A stretch of 64,000 nucleotides of DNA from Alphaproteobacteria bacterium (GTDB lineage: Bacteria; Pseudomonadota; Alphaproteobacteria; UBA828): contig CBDEUT010000009.1 in assembly GCA_965243375.1 (NCBI GenBank), positions 896,401 through 960,400 on the forward strand, read 5' to 3'. The translations under genes and the position numbers were made by a program. Positions 15,506-24,321 of this stretch are shown here, piece after piece. The notes beneath the pieces are model-generated. The model saw only the letters and a program-made list of their open reading frames with translations. It searched no databases and was not told the origin of the DNA. Numbering within the stretch: position 1 is the first letter of the stretch; the number at the start of each line of letters is the position of its first letter.

Positions 15506-18100
15506 ATGGCGATGCGCGACGAGGATTTCGGGGCGATCCCGACGCTGACCGAGGCGGACGGCGGGCTCTGGTCGCCGCCCATGGCGACGCCGGAGCCGCG
15601 CGACTGGCGGTCTCTGTACGAGCAGGCGCAGGCGCGAGCGGAGACGGAGCGGGCTCGGGCGGACGCAGCGGAAGCGCGCGTCGCAGAGTTGCTTGTGGCG
15701 GAGAGGACTGCCCGTTCCCGAGCGGGCCAACTGAACACACAACTCGACAAGAACCGGAACAAGCTCAAGGCGGCCAACGAGGAGGTGAAGGAGGTCCGGC
15801 GCGCGGCCAAGGACGCGCTGTTCCACCAGTCGGAAGCAGCGCGGCTGGAGAAGCTGCTTTCGGAATCCGGTGTCGATACGCGCAAGCGCAGCACGATCGT
15901 GTCGCTGCGCATGGAAGTCTTCGAACTTCGCGAAGCCTTGAAGACGCCGAAGCCCGGCGACGCCGCGATCGAGGAACTGCGCGGGGAAGTCGATACCCTG
16001 ACCCGGGAGAACGCCCGGCTGAACAAGGCGCTGGAGCGGTCGCAGGGGCAGAACGACGAGATCGCGGCGCTGCGCAGGAAGGTCGAGGCGCTCCGTCGCC
16101 GGTTGAAACGAGCGGCAAAGCCTTCGCCGGCTGGCAGAGCGAGCGCCCAGCTTCGCAAGGCGCTGGAACGCGCACGCAAGCAGAAGGACACGATCAGGGC
16201 GTTGCGCGGCGAAGTCGGCACGCTCAGCCGGGAGACCCGTCGGCTGAACCGGGAGGCCCGTCGGCTGCGCCGCCAGTTGGAACCGTTGCCGGACCTCAAG
16301 AAGACTGCCCGCAAGATGACCGCCGAGGTCGGTTTTTTGCGCCAGTGTCTGGCCGCCTTCTGCGACCAGAGGGACCGCATCCAGGTGCTGGAGAACCGCA
16401 TCTTCCATCTGAACGTGGCCGTGAGGACGGCGGCCATCAAGAACGAGAAGCTGGAGGCCGAGCTTGCCGAGCGTCCCCTGCTGTCCGCGATCTTCAAGGT
16501 AGTGCGCGCTCGGAACAGGACTATCGAATCGCTGCACGAGGAGATCGCCCGGCAGCGCAAGGCGAACGGCCGGCAGGACAAGAAGATCGCCCGGCTGCGC
16601 GAGACGAACGCTGCACTGGGCAAGAAGATAAAGGCGCTTCGGGCTCTGACCGCGAGCCTGGAAGGCCGGATCGTCCAACTCCGCTCGTCCAGGGCGGTCC
16701 TGTCGAAGGCCGTCTTCGGGGGCAAGAGCGAGAAGCAGGACAAGCCGCGCTCGGAGCGCAAGCGCGGCCAGCAGCGCGGCGCGCCCGGCCACGGCCGCAC
16801 CCCGCGGCCCGCGCTCAAGGAGAAGGAGGAACGGCGGGAGCCGCCGCCGGACGCGCTGATCTGCTCGTGCTGCGGCAAGCCCTATATCGCCAACGGCGAG
16901 AATGCCTCGTCGGTCATCGAGATCGCGGTCAAGGCCCATATCCGCAGGATCGTGCGCCCGCGCTACCGCCGGAGCTGCGAGTGCGCGTCCTCGGCGCTGG
17001 AGGCGATCGCGCCCCCGCCGGCTCGGCTGTTCCCCAGGACGCCCTACGGGGTCAGCGTCTGGGCGCGCATCCTCTACGAGCGCTTCGCCTGCCACAGGCC
17101 CCTGCGCCGGGTTGCGGCATGGATGGCGGACCAGGGACTGCCGATCGCGCCGGGGACGATGGCGAGCAGCGTGCGCCGCTTCCTGCCGCTGTTCGCGCCG
17201 CTCGCCGAGGCGATCCTCGCCCACCAGAACGGGATGGCGGTGCGCCACGGAGACGAGACCGGCTGGCGCATCCAGGCGCTGGGCGAGACCGGCGGTTCGC
17301 GGCGCGCGTGGTTGTGGATCTCGGTCGGCAAGGATGCCGTCTATTACCGCATCGACCCCTCGCGCAGCGCCGAGGCCGCGATGAAGCTGTTCGGTTCGGT
17401 CAAGGGCACGGTGTTCCTGGTCTGCGACCGCTACGTCGCCTACGTGAAGATGGCGCGCGAGCTCGACGGCAAGGTGATCCTGTGCTGGTGCTGGATCCAC
17501 CAGAGGCGCGACTTCATCGAGTGCGCCGCCGGCCAGGTGAAGCTGAGGCAATGGTGCGAGGGATGGATCGAGCGGTTCGCGTCGGTCTTCCGACTGAACA
17601 AGGAGCGGCTGAAGCATTACGATCCCGCTCTCGCTCTCGAACGCCAGTCACCGGCGTTCGACGCGGCACATGCCCCGCTGAAGAAGGCCGTCGAGGATCT
17701 GTTCGTACAGGGCAAAGCGGAGCTGGCCGGGCTGCCGGACAAGGCGCGCCAGGGCAAGGCGCTGCGCTCGCTGCTCAAGCATCGCGAGGGGCTGAGCGTC
17801 TTCGTCGACAATCCCCAGGTCCCCATGGACAACAACCTCCCGGAGCGCGAGTTCCGGAAGGCCGTTATCGGGCGCCGGTTATGCTTCGGTTCGGACAGCG
17901 AGGACGGCGCCGACCTCACGTCGACGATGTACTCGGTCTTCGGCACGCTCTCGATGAACGGCATCGTCGTCCTGCGCTGGCTGGAGGCGTGGCTCGAAGC
18001 CTGCGCGGAGAACGGTGGCCAGCCACCGGACGACCTGTCGCCGTGGCTGCCCTGGACGATGACCGAGGAGCGCAGGCGCGAGTTCATGACGCCGGAATGA
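15506..18100 (+). CDS. IS66-family transposase (single-ORF type) with about 430-aa N-terminal coiled coil
   Basis: 864 aa; long heptad-like repeats (LRGEVDTLTRENARLNKALER... / LRGEVGTLSRETRRLNREARRL...); CSCCGKP...RRSCECA zinc finger; GDETGWRI catalytic region alignable to DETTVPV of the IS66 TnpC at 4701-6329. Confidence 0.8.
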   Translation: MAMRDEDFGAIPTLTEADGGLWSPPMATPEPRDWRSLYEQAQARAETERARADAAEARVAELLVAERTARSRAGQLNTQLDKNRNKLKAANEEVKEVRRAAKDALFHQSEAARLEKLLSESGVDTRKRSTIVSLRMEVFELREALKTPKPGDAAIEELRGEVDTLTRENARLNKALERSQGQNDEIAALRRKVEALRRRLKRAAKPSPAGRASAQLRKALERARKQKDTIRALRGEVGTLSRETRRLNREARRLRRQLEPLPDLKKTARKMTAEVGFLRQCLAAFCDQRDRIQVLENRIFHLNVAVRTAAIKNEKLEAELAERPLLSAIFKVVRARNRTIESLHEEIARQRKANGRQDKKIARLRETNAALGKKIKALRALTASLEGRIVQLRSSRAVLSKAVFGGKSEKQDKPRSERKRGQQRGAPGHGRTPRPALKEKEERREPPPDALICSCCGKPYIANGENASSVIEIAVKAHIRRIVRPRYRRSCECASSALEAIAPPPARLFPRTPYGVSVWARILYERFACHRPLRRVAAWMADQGLPIAPGTMASSVRRFLPLFAPLAEAILAHQNGMAVRHGDETGWRIQALGETGGSRRAWLWISVGKDAVYYRIDPSRSAEAAMKLFGSVKGTVFLVCDRYVAYVKMARELDGKVILCWCWIHQRRDFIECAAGQVKLRQWCEGWIERFASVFRLNKERLKHYDPALALERQSPAFDAAHAPLKKAVEDLFVQGKAELAGLPDKARQGKALRSLLKHREGLSVFVDNPQVPMDNNLPEREFRKAVIGRRLCFGSDSEDGADLTSTMYSVFGTLSMNGIVVLRWLEAWLEACAENGGQPPDDLSPWLPWTMTEERRREFMTPE

Positions 18101-18978
18101 CCGGCGTCGTCGAGTGCCGCTATTACGGGCGCGACTTCACCGCCGACGAGATGGCGCTGCTGCGCGCCCTGATCGCCGCCGATCCGCCGCCGACCCGCGC
18201 CAACCTGGCGAGGGAGTTCTGCCGGCGTACCCGCTGGCTCAAGCCCGACGGCGGCCTCAAGGACATGATGGCCAAGGTGACCATGCTCGCCATGCACCGC
18301 GACGGCGTGATCGAGCTGCCGCCGCCGAGGGGCAAACAGGGCCGGCCCAAGCCCATCGTCTTCGGACCCGACACCGAGCCGCCGCTGTTCCCCGCGCCGA
18401 CCGCCCTCGACGAGGTTCGGCCCCTCGACTTCCGCACCGTCGTGCGCAACACCCGCGAAGGGAAGCTCTGGAACGAGTTCGTCGCCCGCTATCACTATCT
18501 CGGATACAAGCCCCTGGTCGGCGCCCAGATGCGCTACGCCGTCCATGATCGGAACGGCTGGCCGCTGGCCATGCTCGGCTTCTCCACCGCCGCCTGGAAG
18601 CTCGCCCCGCGCGACGACTTCATCGGATGGACGCCCGAGCTGCGCGAGAAGAACCTGCCGCTGGTGGTCGACAATCCGCGCTTCCTGATCCTGCCGTGGA
18701 TCGAGATCCCCAACCTCGGCTCGCACATCCTTGCCATCGTGCGTCGGCGCCTGCCCGCCGACTGGACCGAGCGCTACAACACCACGCCCGTGCTCATCGA
18801 GACCTTCGTCGAGACCCCGCGCTACACCGGCGCCGTCTACAAGGCCTCGGGCTGGACGCGGGTCGGCACCACCCAGGGAAGAGGACGCCATGACAGGCAT
18901 ACGAAGCGAGCCCAGCCGAAAAAGGACGTCTGGTTGCGGCCCCTCCGCAAGGACTGGAAGCGAACACTCAATCGTTGA
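18097..18978 (+). CDS. DUF4338-like accessory protein, translationally coupled to the transposase
   Basis: 294 aa; ATG overlaps the transposase stop (ATGA at 18097-18100); ARYHYLGYKPLVGAQMRYAVHD...NPRFLILPWIE... resembles DUF4338 (the DruA domain) from memory; C-terminus runs into the right TIR. Confidence 0.6.
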   Translation: MTGVVECRYYGRDFTADEMALLRALIAADPPPTRANLAREFCRRTRWLKPDGGLKDMMAKVTMLAMHRDGVIELPPPRGKQGRPKPIVFGPDTEPPLFPAPTALDEVRPLDFRTVVRNTREGKLWNEFVARYHYLGYKPLVGAQMRYAVHDRNGWPLAMLGFSTAAWKLAPRDDFIGWTPELREKNLPLVVDNPRFLILPWIEIPNLGSHILAIVRRRLPADWTERYNTTPVLIETFVETPRYTGAVYKASGWTRVGTTQGRGRHDRHTKRAQPKKDVWLRPLRKDWKRTLNR

Positions 18979-19017
18979 ATCCACCACTCTCATCACTGCG
19001 TGACCGAACGCTTTCTC
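18862..19017 (-). repeat. right 156-bp terminal inverted repeat (carries the last about 39 codons of the DUF4338-like gene)
   Basis: Reverse complement matches 15265-15420. Confidence 0.85.
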
Positions 19018-19199
19018 CCGTTCGACGCACCCTCCGAAAATTGCCGCGAATTCCAGTCATCAAACCGTATGCGAGCGGCATCAAATCGGGGTCGATTGAA
19101 GGCGATGTCTGGCGGCAAGTCAAGGGCCGCGAAACCGGGGAGGATGTAAAATCGTCAACGATTACAACTGTCTATCATGCTCCCGGCGTCAAACGGCGG

Positions 19200-19643
19200 A
19201 TGATGGCGGGGACTGGCAATCCTACCTTGCAGACCTGCACCAAGTGCGGTACGCCCGCCTTCGAGGGCCAGTCCTACTGCGGCCCCTGCGCCGCGATCCG
19301 CAATGCCGGCCGTTCGACGGAGCGCAAGAACGAAGCCGCGAGACGGAGATACGCCGAGCGGCGCGCCTGCGGCCTGTGCACCGATTGCGGCCAGCCGTCC
19401 CAGGGCGCCGCACGTTGCGAGCCCTGTGCGCGCCGGTCGTATGAGCGCTCGACGTATTTCCGGGGGATGCCGCTCTACCCGCCGCAATACACCGTCGTCG
19501 CGCTGGAGACCGGCGAGGACCTGGGGACCTGGGACAGTTGGGAGGACGTGGCGCTCTGCCTCGCCTTCTCCCGGCTCTCGCTCGACCAGGTCACGGTCGT
19601 CACGGACCAGTCCCCGGTCGCGACCTGGGCGGCGTGGGAGTAG
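19200..19643 (+). CDS. hypothetical Cys-rich protein with two CxxC...CxxC zinc-ribbon motifs
   Basis: 147 aa from MMAGTGNPTLQTCTKCGTPAFEGQSYCGPCAA...CGLCTDCGQPSQGAARCEPCARR; weak RBS; true start uncertain. Confidence 0.4.
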   Translation: MMAGTGNPTLQTCTKCGTPAFEGQSYCGPCAAIRNAGRSTERKNEAARRRYAERRACGLCTDCGQPSQGAARCEPCARRSYERSTYFRGMPLYPPQYTVVALETGEDLGTWDSWEDVALCLAFSRLSLDQVTVVTDQSPVATWAAWE

Positions 19644-19800
19644 CCCCTCCGCCTCGCCGCACGACCCACCGGCCGCGGAGCAGGCCTCAGACGTCTTGCC
19701 GGCCCGCGTTCCGCCGGGGGCCTCCCTCCCCGGCGGACTGCCGGCACGTGCCGCCGGCCCGCCGTACGCGAACCCGCCATCCATCCGAAGGAGCCCGCTC

Positions 19801-20064
19801 ATGAGCGCCGACACGCTGCCCGACGACCCATCCTACGTCTTCTGCCCCGAACCCGCCGTCGGCGACGACCCCTGCCGGATTCTCATCCTCGTCGAGGACA
19901 TGACCGTCGCCATTCCCACCGCCCTGGTCGCGCTCACGCGGCATGAGGGGATCCGGCTGTGCGACCGGCTGAACCACCGCCTCGGATACGACAACGCGGC
20001 CTGGACGGCGATCGCGCAGCGGTTCATGCGCCGCGCGGCCGCACACGGCCACACCGTGCACTGA
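19801..20064 (+). CDS. hypothetical protein (87 aa)
   Basis: Internal ATG of a longer ORF; MSADTLPDDPSYVFCPEPAVGDDPCRILILVEDMTVAIP...; no recognised domain. Confidence 0.35.
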   Translation: MSADTLPDDPSYVFCPEPAVGDDPCRILILVEDMTVAIPTALVALTRHEGIRLCDRLNHRLGYDNAAWTAIAQRFMRRAAAHGHTVH

Positions 20065-20297
20065 GTCCTTCGCCGGCGGCGGCGCCCTGAGGCCTGGGGG
20101 GGGCCGCCCAAGCCGGACTTCGCCGCACCCCGGCGTTCCGGCCCGTACGGCCGCTCCCCACCGCATCGCCGCGATCCCCGCAGCCGCCCGTGCCCCTGTC
20201 CCGGCTGGAGAGCCGGAGTCGAGCGAGCGCAGGGCGAGCGTTCGGCGGTGGCGAGGGAGGGGTTCCCTCGCTGCCGGACGCGGCAGAGGAGACCCCG

Positions 20298-20453
20298 ATG
20301 TTCGATTTCAGCTCGGATTACGACCCCGTGACCCCGACGGCCGGCGAGCTGCTGGCCGAGCTGGGCTTCGACACCCGCGCGGTCCGCGATGCCCTGGCCG
20401 ACGACCGGGCCCGGCGCTGCCCCGACCGGGAGGCCCCGGCGGACAGGAGCTAG
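20298..20453 (+). CDS. small hypothetical protein (51 aa)
   Basis: ATG preceded by GAGGAGACC RBS; MFDFSSDYDPVTPTAGELLAELGFDTRAV... Confidence 0.3.
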   Translation: MFDFSSDYDPVTPTAGELLAELGFDTRAVRDALADDRARRCPDREAPADRS

Positions 20454-20553
20454 AGGAGGGCCTGGAGAAGACGAGCGGGAAGGGGCTGGAGAGAGCGTTC
20501 TCCGGTCCCGCCGCTCGACCATCGTCATCAACCAGACCTGAAGGAGCATCGTG

Positions 20554-21033
20554 ATGAGCTTCGGAATGAACCGCGTCGAACTGATCGGCCGCCTCGGCGC
20601 CGACGTCACCGTCAACCACCTGATGAGCGGGGGCCGCGTCGCCAATTTGAGCATCGCGACCGACGAGAGCTACCGGAATCGCCAGACCGGCGAGATCGTG
20701 GACAAGACCGAGTGGCACCGCGCCGTCACCTTCCAGGACGGCCTGATCGACATGCTGGAGCGGCACGCGAAGAAGGGCCGCCTGGTCCACCTCGAGGGCA
20801 AGCTCCAGACCCGGCGCTGGAAGAAGGACGGCGAGGACTCGGACCGCTTCTCGACCGAGATCATCGTCGTGCCCGGCCACAAGGTGCAATTCCTCGACAA
20901 GCCTGCCGGCGCGAACGGGAACGGCGTCCAGGCCGCGGCCGAGCCCGCCCAGTCGGAGAACGGCGAGGCGATGCCGGCCGGCGGCGCTCCGGCGCAGGGC
21001 GACGACCCGGACGAGGACCCGCTTCCGTTCTGA
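20554..21033 (+). CDS. ssb: single-stranded DNA-binding protein
   Basis: MSFGMNRVELIGRLGADVTV...TEWHRAVTFQ...KGRLVHLEGKLQTRRWKKDGEDSDRFSTEIIV, OB-fold SSB with acidic tail DDPDEDPLPF; AAGGAG RBS 7 nt upstream. Confidence 0.9.
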   Translation: MSFGMNRVELIGRLGADVTVNHLMSGGRVANLSIATDESYRNRQTGEIVDKTEWHRAVTFQDGLIDMLERHAKKGRLVHLEGKLQTRRWKKDGEDSDRFSTEIIVVPGHKVQFLDKPAGANGNGVQAAAEPAQSENGEAMPAGGAPAQGDDPDEDPLPF

Positions 21034-21263
21034 TTCTTGACTGTCATCCTCCCTCCCAACTCGGGCGGCCGCTCCGGCGGCTGCCCATTTCTTTTGCAGC
21101 CGGCCCGGAGTCCGTCCCCGGCCGGGCCTCGCGCCCGCGCTTCGCGCGGCGCGTCGCCCACCAGCGCCGGCAGGAGTCCGGGGTTGGCCGGTATCGGGGC
21201 GTCGCTTTCCGGACCCGAGGAGTCTGCCATGTCGAATCCCTGCCATGCCGCCGGGGCCGCGTC

Positions 21264-22208
21264 GTGAACGCGGCCGCCGTCGCCGCCGCGCTCGCAGAGC
21301 GCGCCGAGGCCGTCTGCCGCCACTACCTCCCGCACGGCCGCCGCCAGGGGCGGTACTGGGTTGCGGGCGACCTGGACGGCGCCCGCGGGCGCTCGCTCTA
21401 TGTGCGGCTCGCACCGCCCGGCACGCCGGGCAAGTGGACGGACGCAGCCGAGGGGACGCACGGCGATCTCCTCGACATCGTCCGGCACCGCACGGGCGCG
21501 CCGACGCTGCGCGCGGCGCTCGCAGAGGCGCGCGCGTTCCTCGCCTTGCCCGCTGCGCGGGCAATGGCATCGGACGCGCCCTACGACGCGACGGAAGCGG
21601 CGCGCCGCCTGTGGCGGCGCTGCCGCGCCATCGACAGGACGCATGCGGAGCGCTACCTGCTCGCACGAGGTCTCGCGCGCTGCCGCTTCGCGGCGCTGCG
21701 CTTCCACCCCGAGCTTCGCTACCGCGAAGGCTCGTCCGTCGTTCGTCTCCCGGCGCTGGTCGCCGCCGTGACCGGCAGCGACGGCCTCATCACCGGCGTG
21801 CAGCGCACCTGGCTCGATCCCCGCTCGCCCGCCAGGGCGGGTGTCGCGTCCCCGCGCAAAGCGCTGGCGCGCGTCTACGGGCACGCCGTGCTCTTCGGCC
21901 GCCCCGCCGACGTGCTCCTCGTCGGCGAGGGCATCGAGACGGTGCTGTCGGTGGTCACCGCCATCCCCGACATCACCGCCGCCGCCGCGCTCTCCGCCGG
22001 AAGCCTCGGCGCGTTCGCGCCTCCGCCCGGCGTCGCGCGGCTGGTCATCGCACGCGACAACGACCCGGAGGGGGAGCGGGCGACGGACCGCCTCGCCCGG
22101 CGCTGCGCGCGGGCAAGCGTCGCCGCACTCGTCATCGTCCCCGAAGGCGGGGACTTCAACGACGACCTCGCTGCACTCGGCCGCGATGAGCGCGCTCTCG
22201 GTATCTGA
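21264..22208 (+). CDS. toprim-domain protein (primase-like, ICE/plasmid type)
   Basis: GTG start inferred; the longer ORF start overlaps ssb in another frame; C-terminal Toprim motifs VLLVGEGIETVLSV...ARDNDPEGERA...GGDFNDDL. Confidence 0.65.
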   Translation: MNAAAVAAALAERAEAVCRHYLPHGRRQGRYWVAGDLDGARGRSLYVRLAPPGTPGKWTDAAEGTHGDLLDIVRHRTGAPTLRAALAEARAFLALPAARAMASDAPYDATEAARRLWRRCRAIDRTHAERYLLARGLARCRFAALRFHPELRYREGSSVVRLPALVAAVTGSDGLITGVQRTWLDPRSPARAGVASPRKALARVYGHAVLFGRPADVLLVGEGIETVLSVVTAIPDITAAAALSAGSLGAFAPPPGVARLVIARDNDPEGERATDRLARRCARASVAALVIVPEGGDFNDDLAALGRDERALGI

Positions 22209-22440
22209 TGGCGCGGTGATCGGTTTGTTTGATGGGCATCGTTCGCGGCTGGTGGGGTGACCGGGGGTGTCGGACGGCCGTCGGCGGGTCAAGCCGCTAC
22301 GCGGCTCCTCCGCTTCGCTCCGGCCCTTCGGGTGACCCCCCGCCGTCCATCCGACGGAGTGCATCCATGGCCGTAAGCAAGCTTCCGGCCACGGGCCGAT
22401 CGCTCGACGCAGTGCGGCAACGGGGGCTGGCGAGGGGTGT

Positions 22441-22500
22441 TACCCGTTACCGTTACCCTGCCTCCCTAGGGGTTCGAGGCGGTAACGGTTTTCGGTAACG
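22441..22500 (+). repeat. inverted CGTTACC/GGTAACG repeat cluster between convergent genes
   Basis: CCGTTACCGTTACC...GGTAACGGTTTTCGGTAACG; could be a bidirectional terminator or protein-binding site. Confidence 0.3.
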
Positions 22501-23491
22501 CGTCGTTGCGGCCCGCGTGGTTGACGGCGGCCGGCGGCGCCGCGTTTTCGGCGGCGAGGCGGTAACCGCCCTGGGGTGCGCGTTCGACGCGCCCGGCGCG
22601 GACGAGCTTGCTCAGCGCTTCGGCGACGGTTGCGGGCCGGGTTGCCGCGCGCTCGCGGATCTGGCGCTGCGAGAGCGGTGCATCGGCGTCGGCGAGGGCT
22701 TGGAGGATGCGCCGTTCGGGTGTTTCCGGCTCCGGCGCGGCCTCGGCCGGCACCGGCCGCCGCAAGCGCAGGGCGGGTCCCTCGCCGTCATCGGCGAGTT
22801 CGATCTCGATGTCGGCGAGGCCTGGAGCGGCGCGATGCTCGACGGTCATGACGATCTGCTTGTCGCGGCGGCGCAGATAGAGGTTGCTGTCGCCCCAGGC
22901 ATGGAGCTCGGACGACCCCCTGAGCGCCTGGCCCGGCCGGCTGGCACCGCTCTTGCGGGCATGGTGGACGAGCAGGACGGCGGTCTCGAAGCGGCGCTGG
23001 AGGTCGCGCAGGAAGCCGAGTATGGGAGCGACCTCGGCGACGGTGTTTTCATCGACGCCGTGCAGGCGGACCAGGGGGTCGAGGACCACGAGGCGTGGCG
23101 CGATGCGCTGCACGGTCTCGCGCAGACGCTGCCGGTCGTTGGCATGGTCGAGGCGCAGGATGGGAGCGTCGATGACGGCGATGTCGAGCGTCTCGAAGCT
23201 GGCGCCGGCTGCCCGGGCGATGCCCTCAAGCCGGGCGCGCACGATGTGGCCGGCGTCCTCGGCCGCGAACAGCAGGACCGGTCCGGGCTGTTTGGCGGCG
23301 AAGCGGCGCAGACAGGGAACGCCGGCGGCGACGGCCACGGCGAGGTCCAGAGCCAGGAAGGATTTGCCGCACTTGGGTTCGCCGCCGACGATGCCGACGG
23401 CTTGGCGTCCCCAGAGGCCGTCGACCAGCCACTGCTGCCGGCTCGGGCGGTCCTCAAGGTCGGCCGGGCTTCGGGTCGGGAAGCCCTTCAC
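22466..23491 (-). CDS. RepA-like AAA/RecA-fold ATPase (AAA_25-type)
   Basis: 341 aa; Walker A GGEPKCGKS, LVVLDPL Walker B, C-terminal wHTH; common in ICE/plasmid backbones. Confidence 0.75.
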   Translation of the reverse strand: MKGFPTRSPADLEDRPSRQQWLVDGLWGRQAVGIVGGEPKCGKSFLALDLAVAVAAGVPCLRRFAAKQPGPVLLFAAEDAGHIVRARLEGIARAAGASFETLDIAVIDAPILRLDHANDRQRLRETVQRIAPRLVVLDPLVRLHGVDENTVAEVAPILGFLRDLQRRFETAVLLVHHARKSGASRPGQALRGSSELHAWGDSNLYLRRRDKQIVMTVEHRAAPGLADIEIELADDGEGPALRLRRPVPAEAAPEPETPERRILQALADADAPLSQRQIRERAATRPATVAEALSKLVRAGRVERAPQGGYRLAAENAAPPAAVNHAGRNDALPKTVTASNP

Positions 23492-24321
23492 CGGCGCGCT
23501 CTCCTGGTCTTGGTGGGCTCCCCCCAGGTCTCCAGGAAGAGCTTTTCGTCGAGCACTTCACGATCCTGATCGGCGCCGGCGGCGAGCAGCGCATCGGCCA
23601 TGACGGTGAGCGTCCTGGGGTTGCCGCCGGCATGGGCGACGAGGGTGTCCTTGAGGCCGGCGGTCATCAGGGCGGGGTTGCCGGCCTCCTCCAGCAGGTG
23701 GTCGAGGAGGCGCAGTAGATCCTCGTCTTCGGGACGCGTCATGAGGAGGCGCTGGCGGATGCGGGAGTCGATGGGATGCAGCTCCGGCGTGCGCAGTTTT
23801 GCGAGCAGCCGGTTGTCACCGGCCAGCACCACGCCAAGGATGGTGCGCGAGTCGAAGTCGGTCGAGGAGAGCAGGCGCATCTCGGTCAGCACCGCGTTGG
23901 GCAGCTCCTGTGCCTCGTCGACCAGCAGGAGTGGGCGCATGCGCGTGTCGTCGAGGTGGTCGAGCCAGCGCTGCCGCAGTCCCTTGATCCCATTCCAGCG
24001 ATTGTTGTGGGCCATGGTGATGGCGAAGCGGTCGGAGATCTCGTGGTAGAAGTCGGCGACGCTGGAGGACGGATGGGTGAGGACCGCGACGCTCAACCTG
24101 TCGATGCGCTCAAGGCGCTCGGCGAGCAACCGCAGCGCCACGCTCTTGCCGATGCCGGGCGGGCCGCCGATCAGGGCGAAGCCGCCCTGGCGCACCAGAT
24201 GCCGTTCGACCCTGCGGCAGAAGTTCTCGACGGCGGGTGTGGTCATCAGGCCATCGACCGGGAGGTCGGTGGAGAAGGGGTTCCACTTGAGGCCGTACAG
24301 CGTGAGCATTTCGCGGTTCAT
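23488..24321 (-). CDS. tniB: TniB/ExeA-like transposition AAA+ ATPase
   Basis: 277 aa from MNREMLTLYGLKWNPF (ExeA/TniB N-terminal signature), Walker A GGPPGIGKS, Walker B LLLVDEAQ; RBS GGGGAGACC; ATGA overlap with the upstream tniA stop. Confidence 0.8.
   Translation of the reverse strand: MNREMLTLYGLKWNPFSTDLPVDGLMTTPAVENFCRRVERHLVRQGGFALIGGPPGIGKSVALRLLAERLERIDRLSVAVLTHPSSSVADFYHEISDRFAITMAHNNRWNGIKGLRQRWLDHLDDTRMRPLLLVDEAQELPNAVLTEMRLLSSTDFDSRTILGVVLAGDNRLLAKLRTPELHPIDSRIRQRLLMTRPEDEDLLRLLDHLLEEAGNPALMTAGLKDTLVAHAGGNPRTLTVMADALLAAGADQDREVLDEKLFLETWGEPTKTRRARR

Larger units (their letters stand above)
15265..19017 (+). mobile_element. 3.75-kb IS66-family-related element with 156-bp terminal inverted repeats (transposase + DUF4338-like gene)
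   Basis: Sequence 15265-15420 is the reverse complement of 18862-19017 (1 mismatch in 156 nt); encloses a transposase gene and a coupled accessory gene; no clean target duplication seen at the ends. Confidence 0.7.

Noticed and set aside
15286-18978. 1,230-aa ORF spanning the whole TIR element
   Set aside because: It is a stop-free read-through across the left TIR, antisense/out-of-frame relative to the transposase, and only its last 294 codons (the DUF4338-like gene) look like protein. The matching ORFs 15279-15740(-), 17617-18996(-), 15304-16878(-) and 18731-19003(+) are the same artefact, caused by the 156-bp inverted repeats encoding the same peptide on both strands.
20308-22364. Minus-strand ORFs 20308-21666 and 20670-22364 and plus-strand 21245-22189 over ssb/toprim
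   Set aside because: They are out-of-frame or antisense to ssb and the toprim gene, with an Arg/Gly-rich composition.
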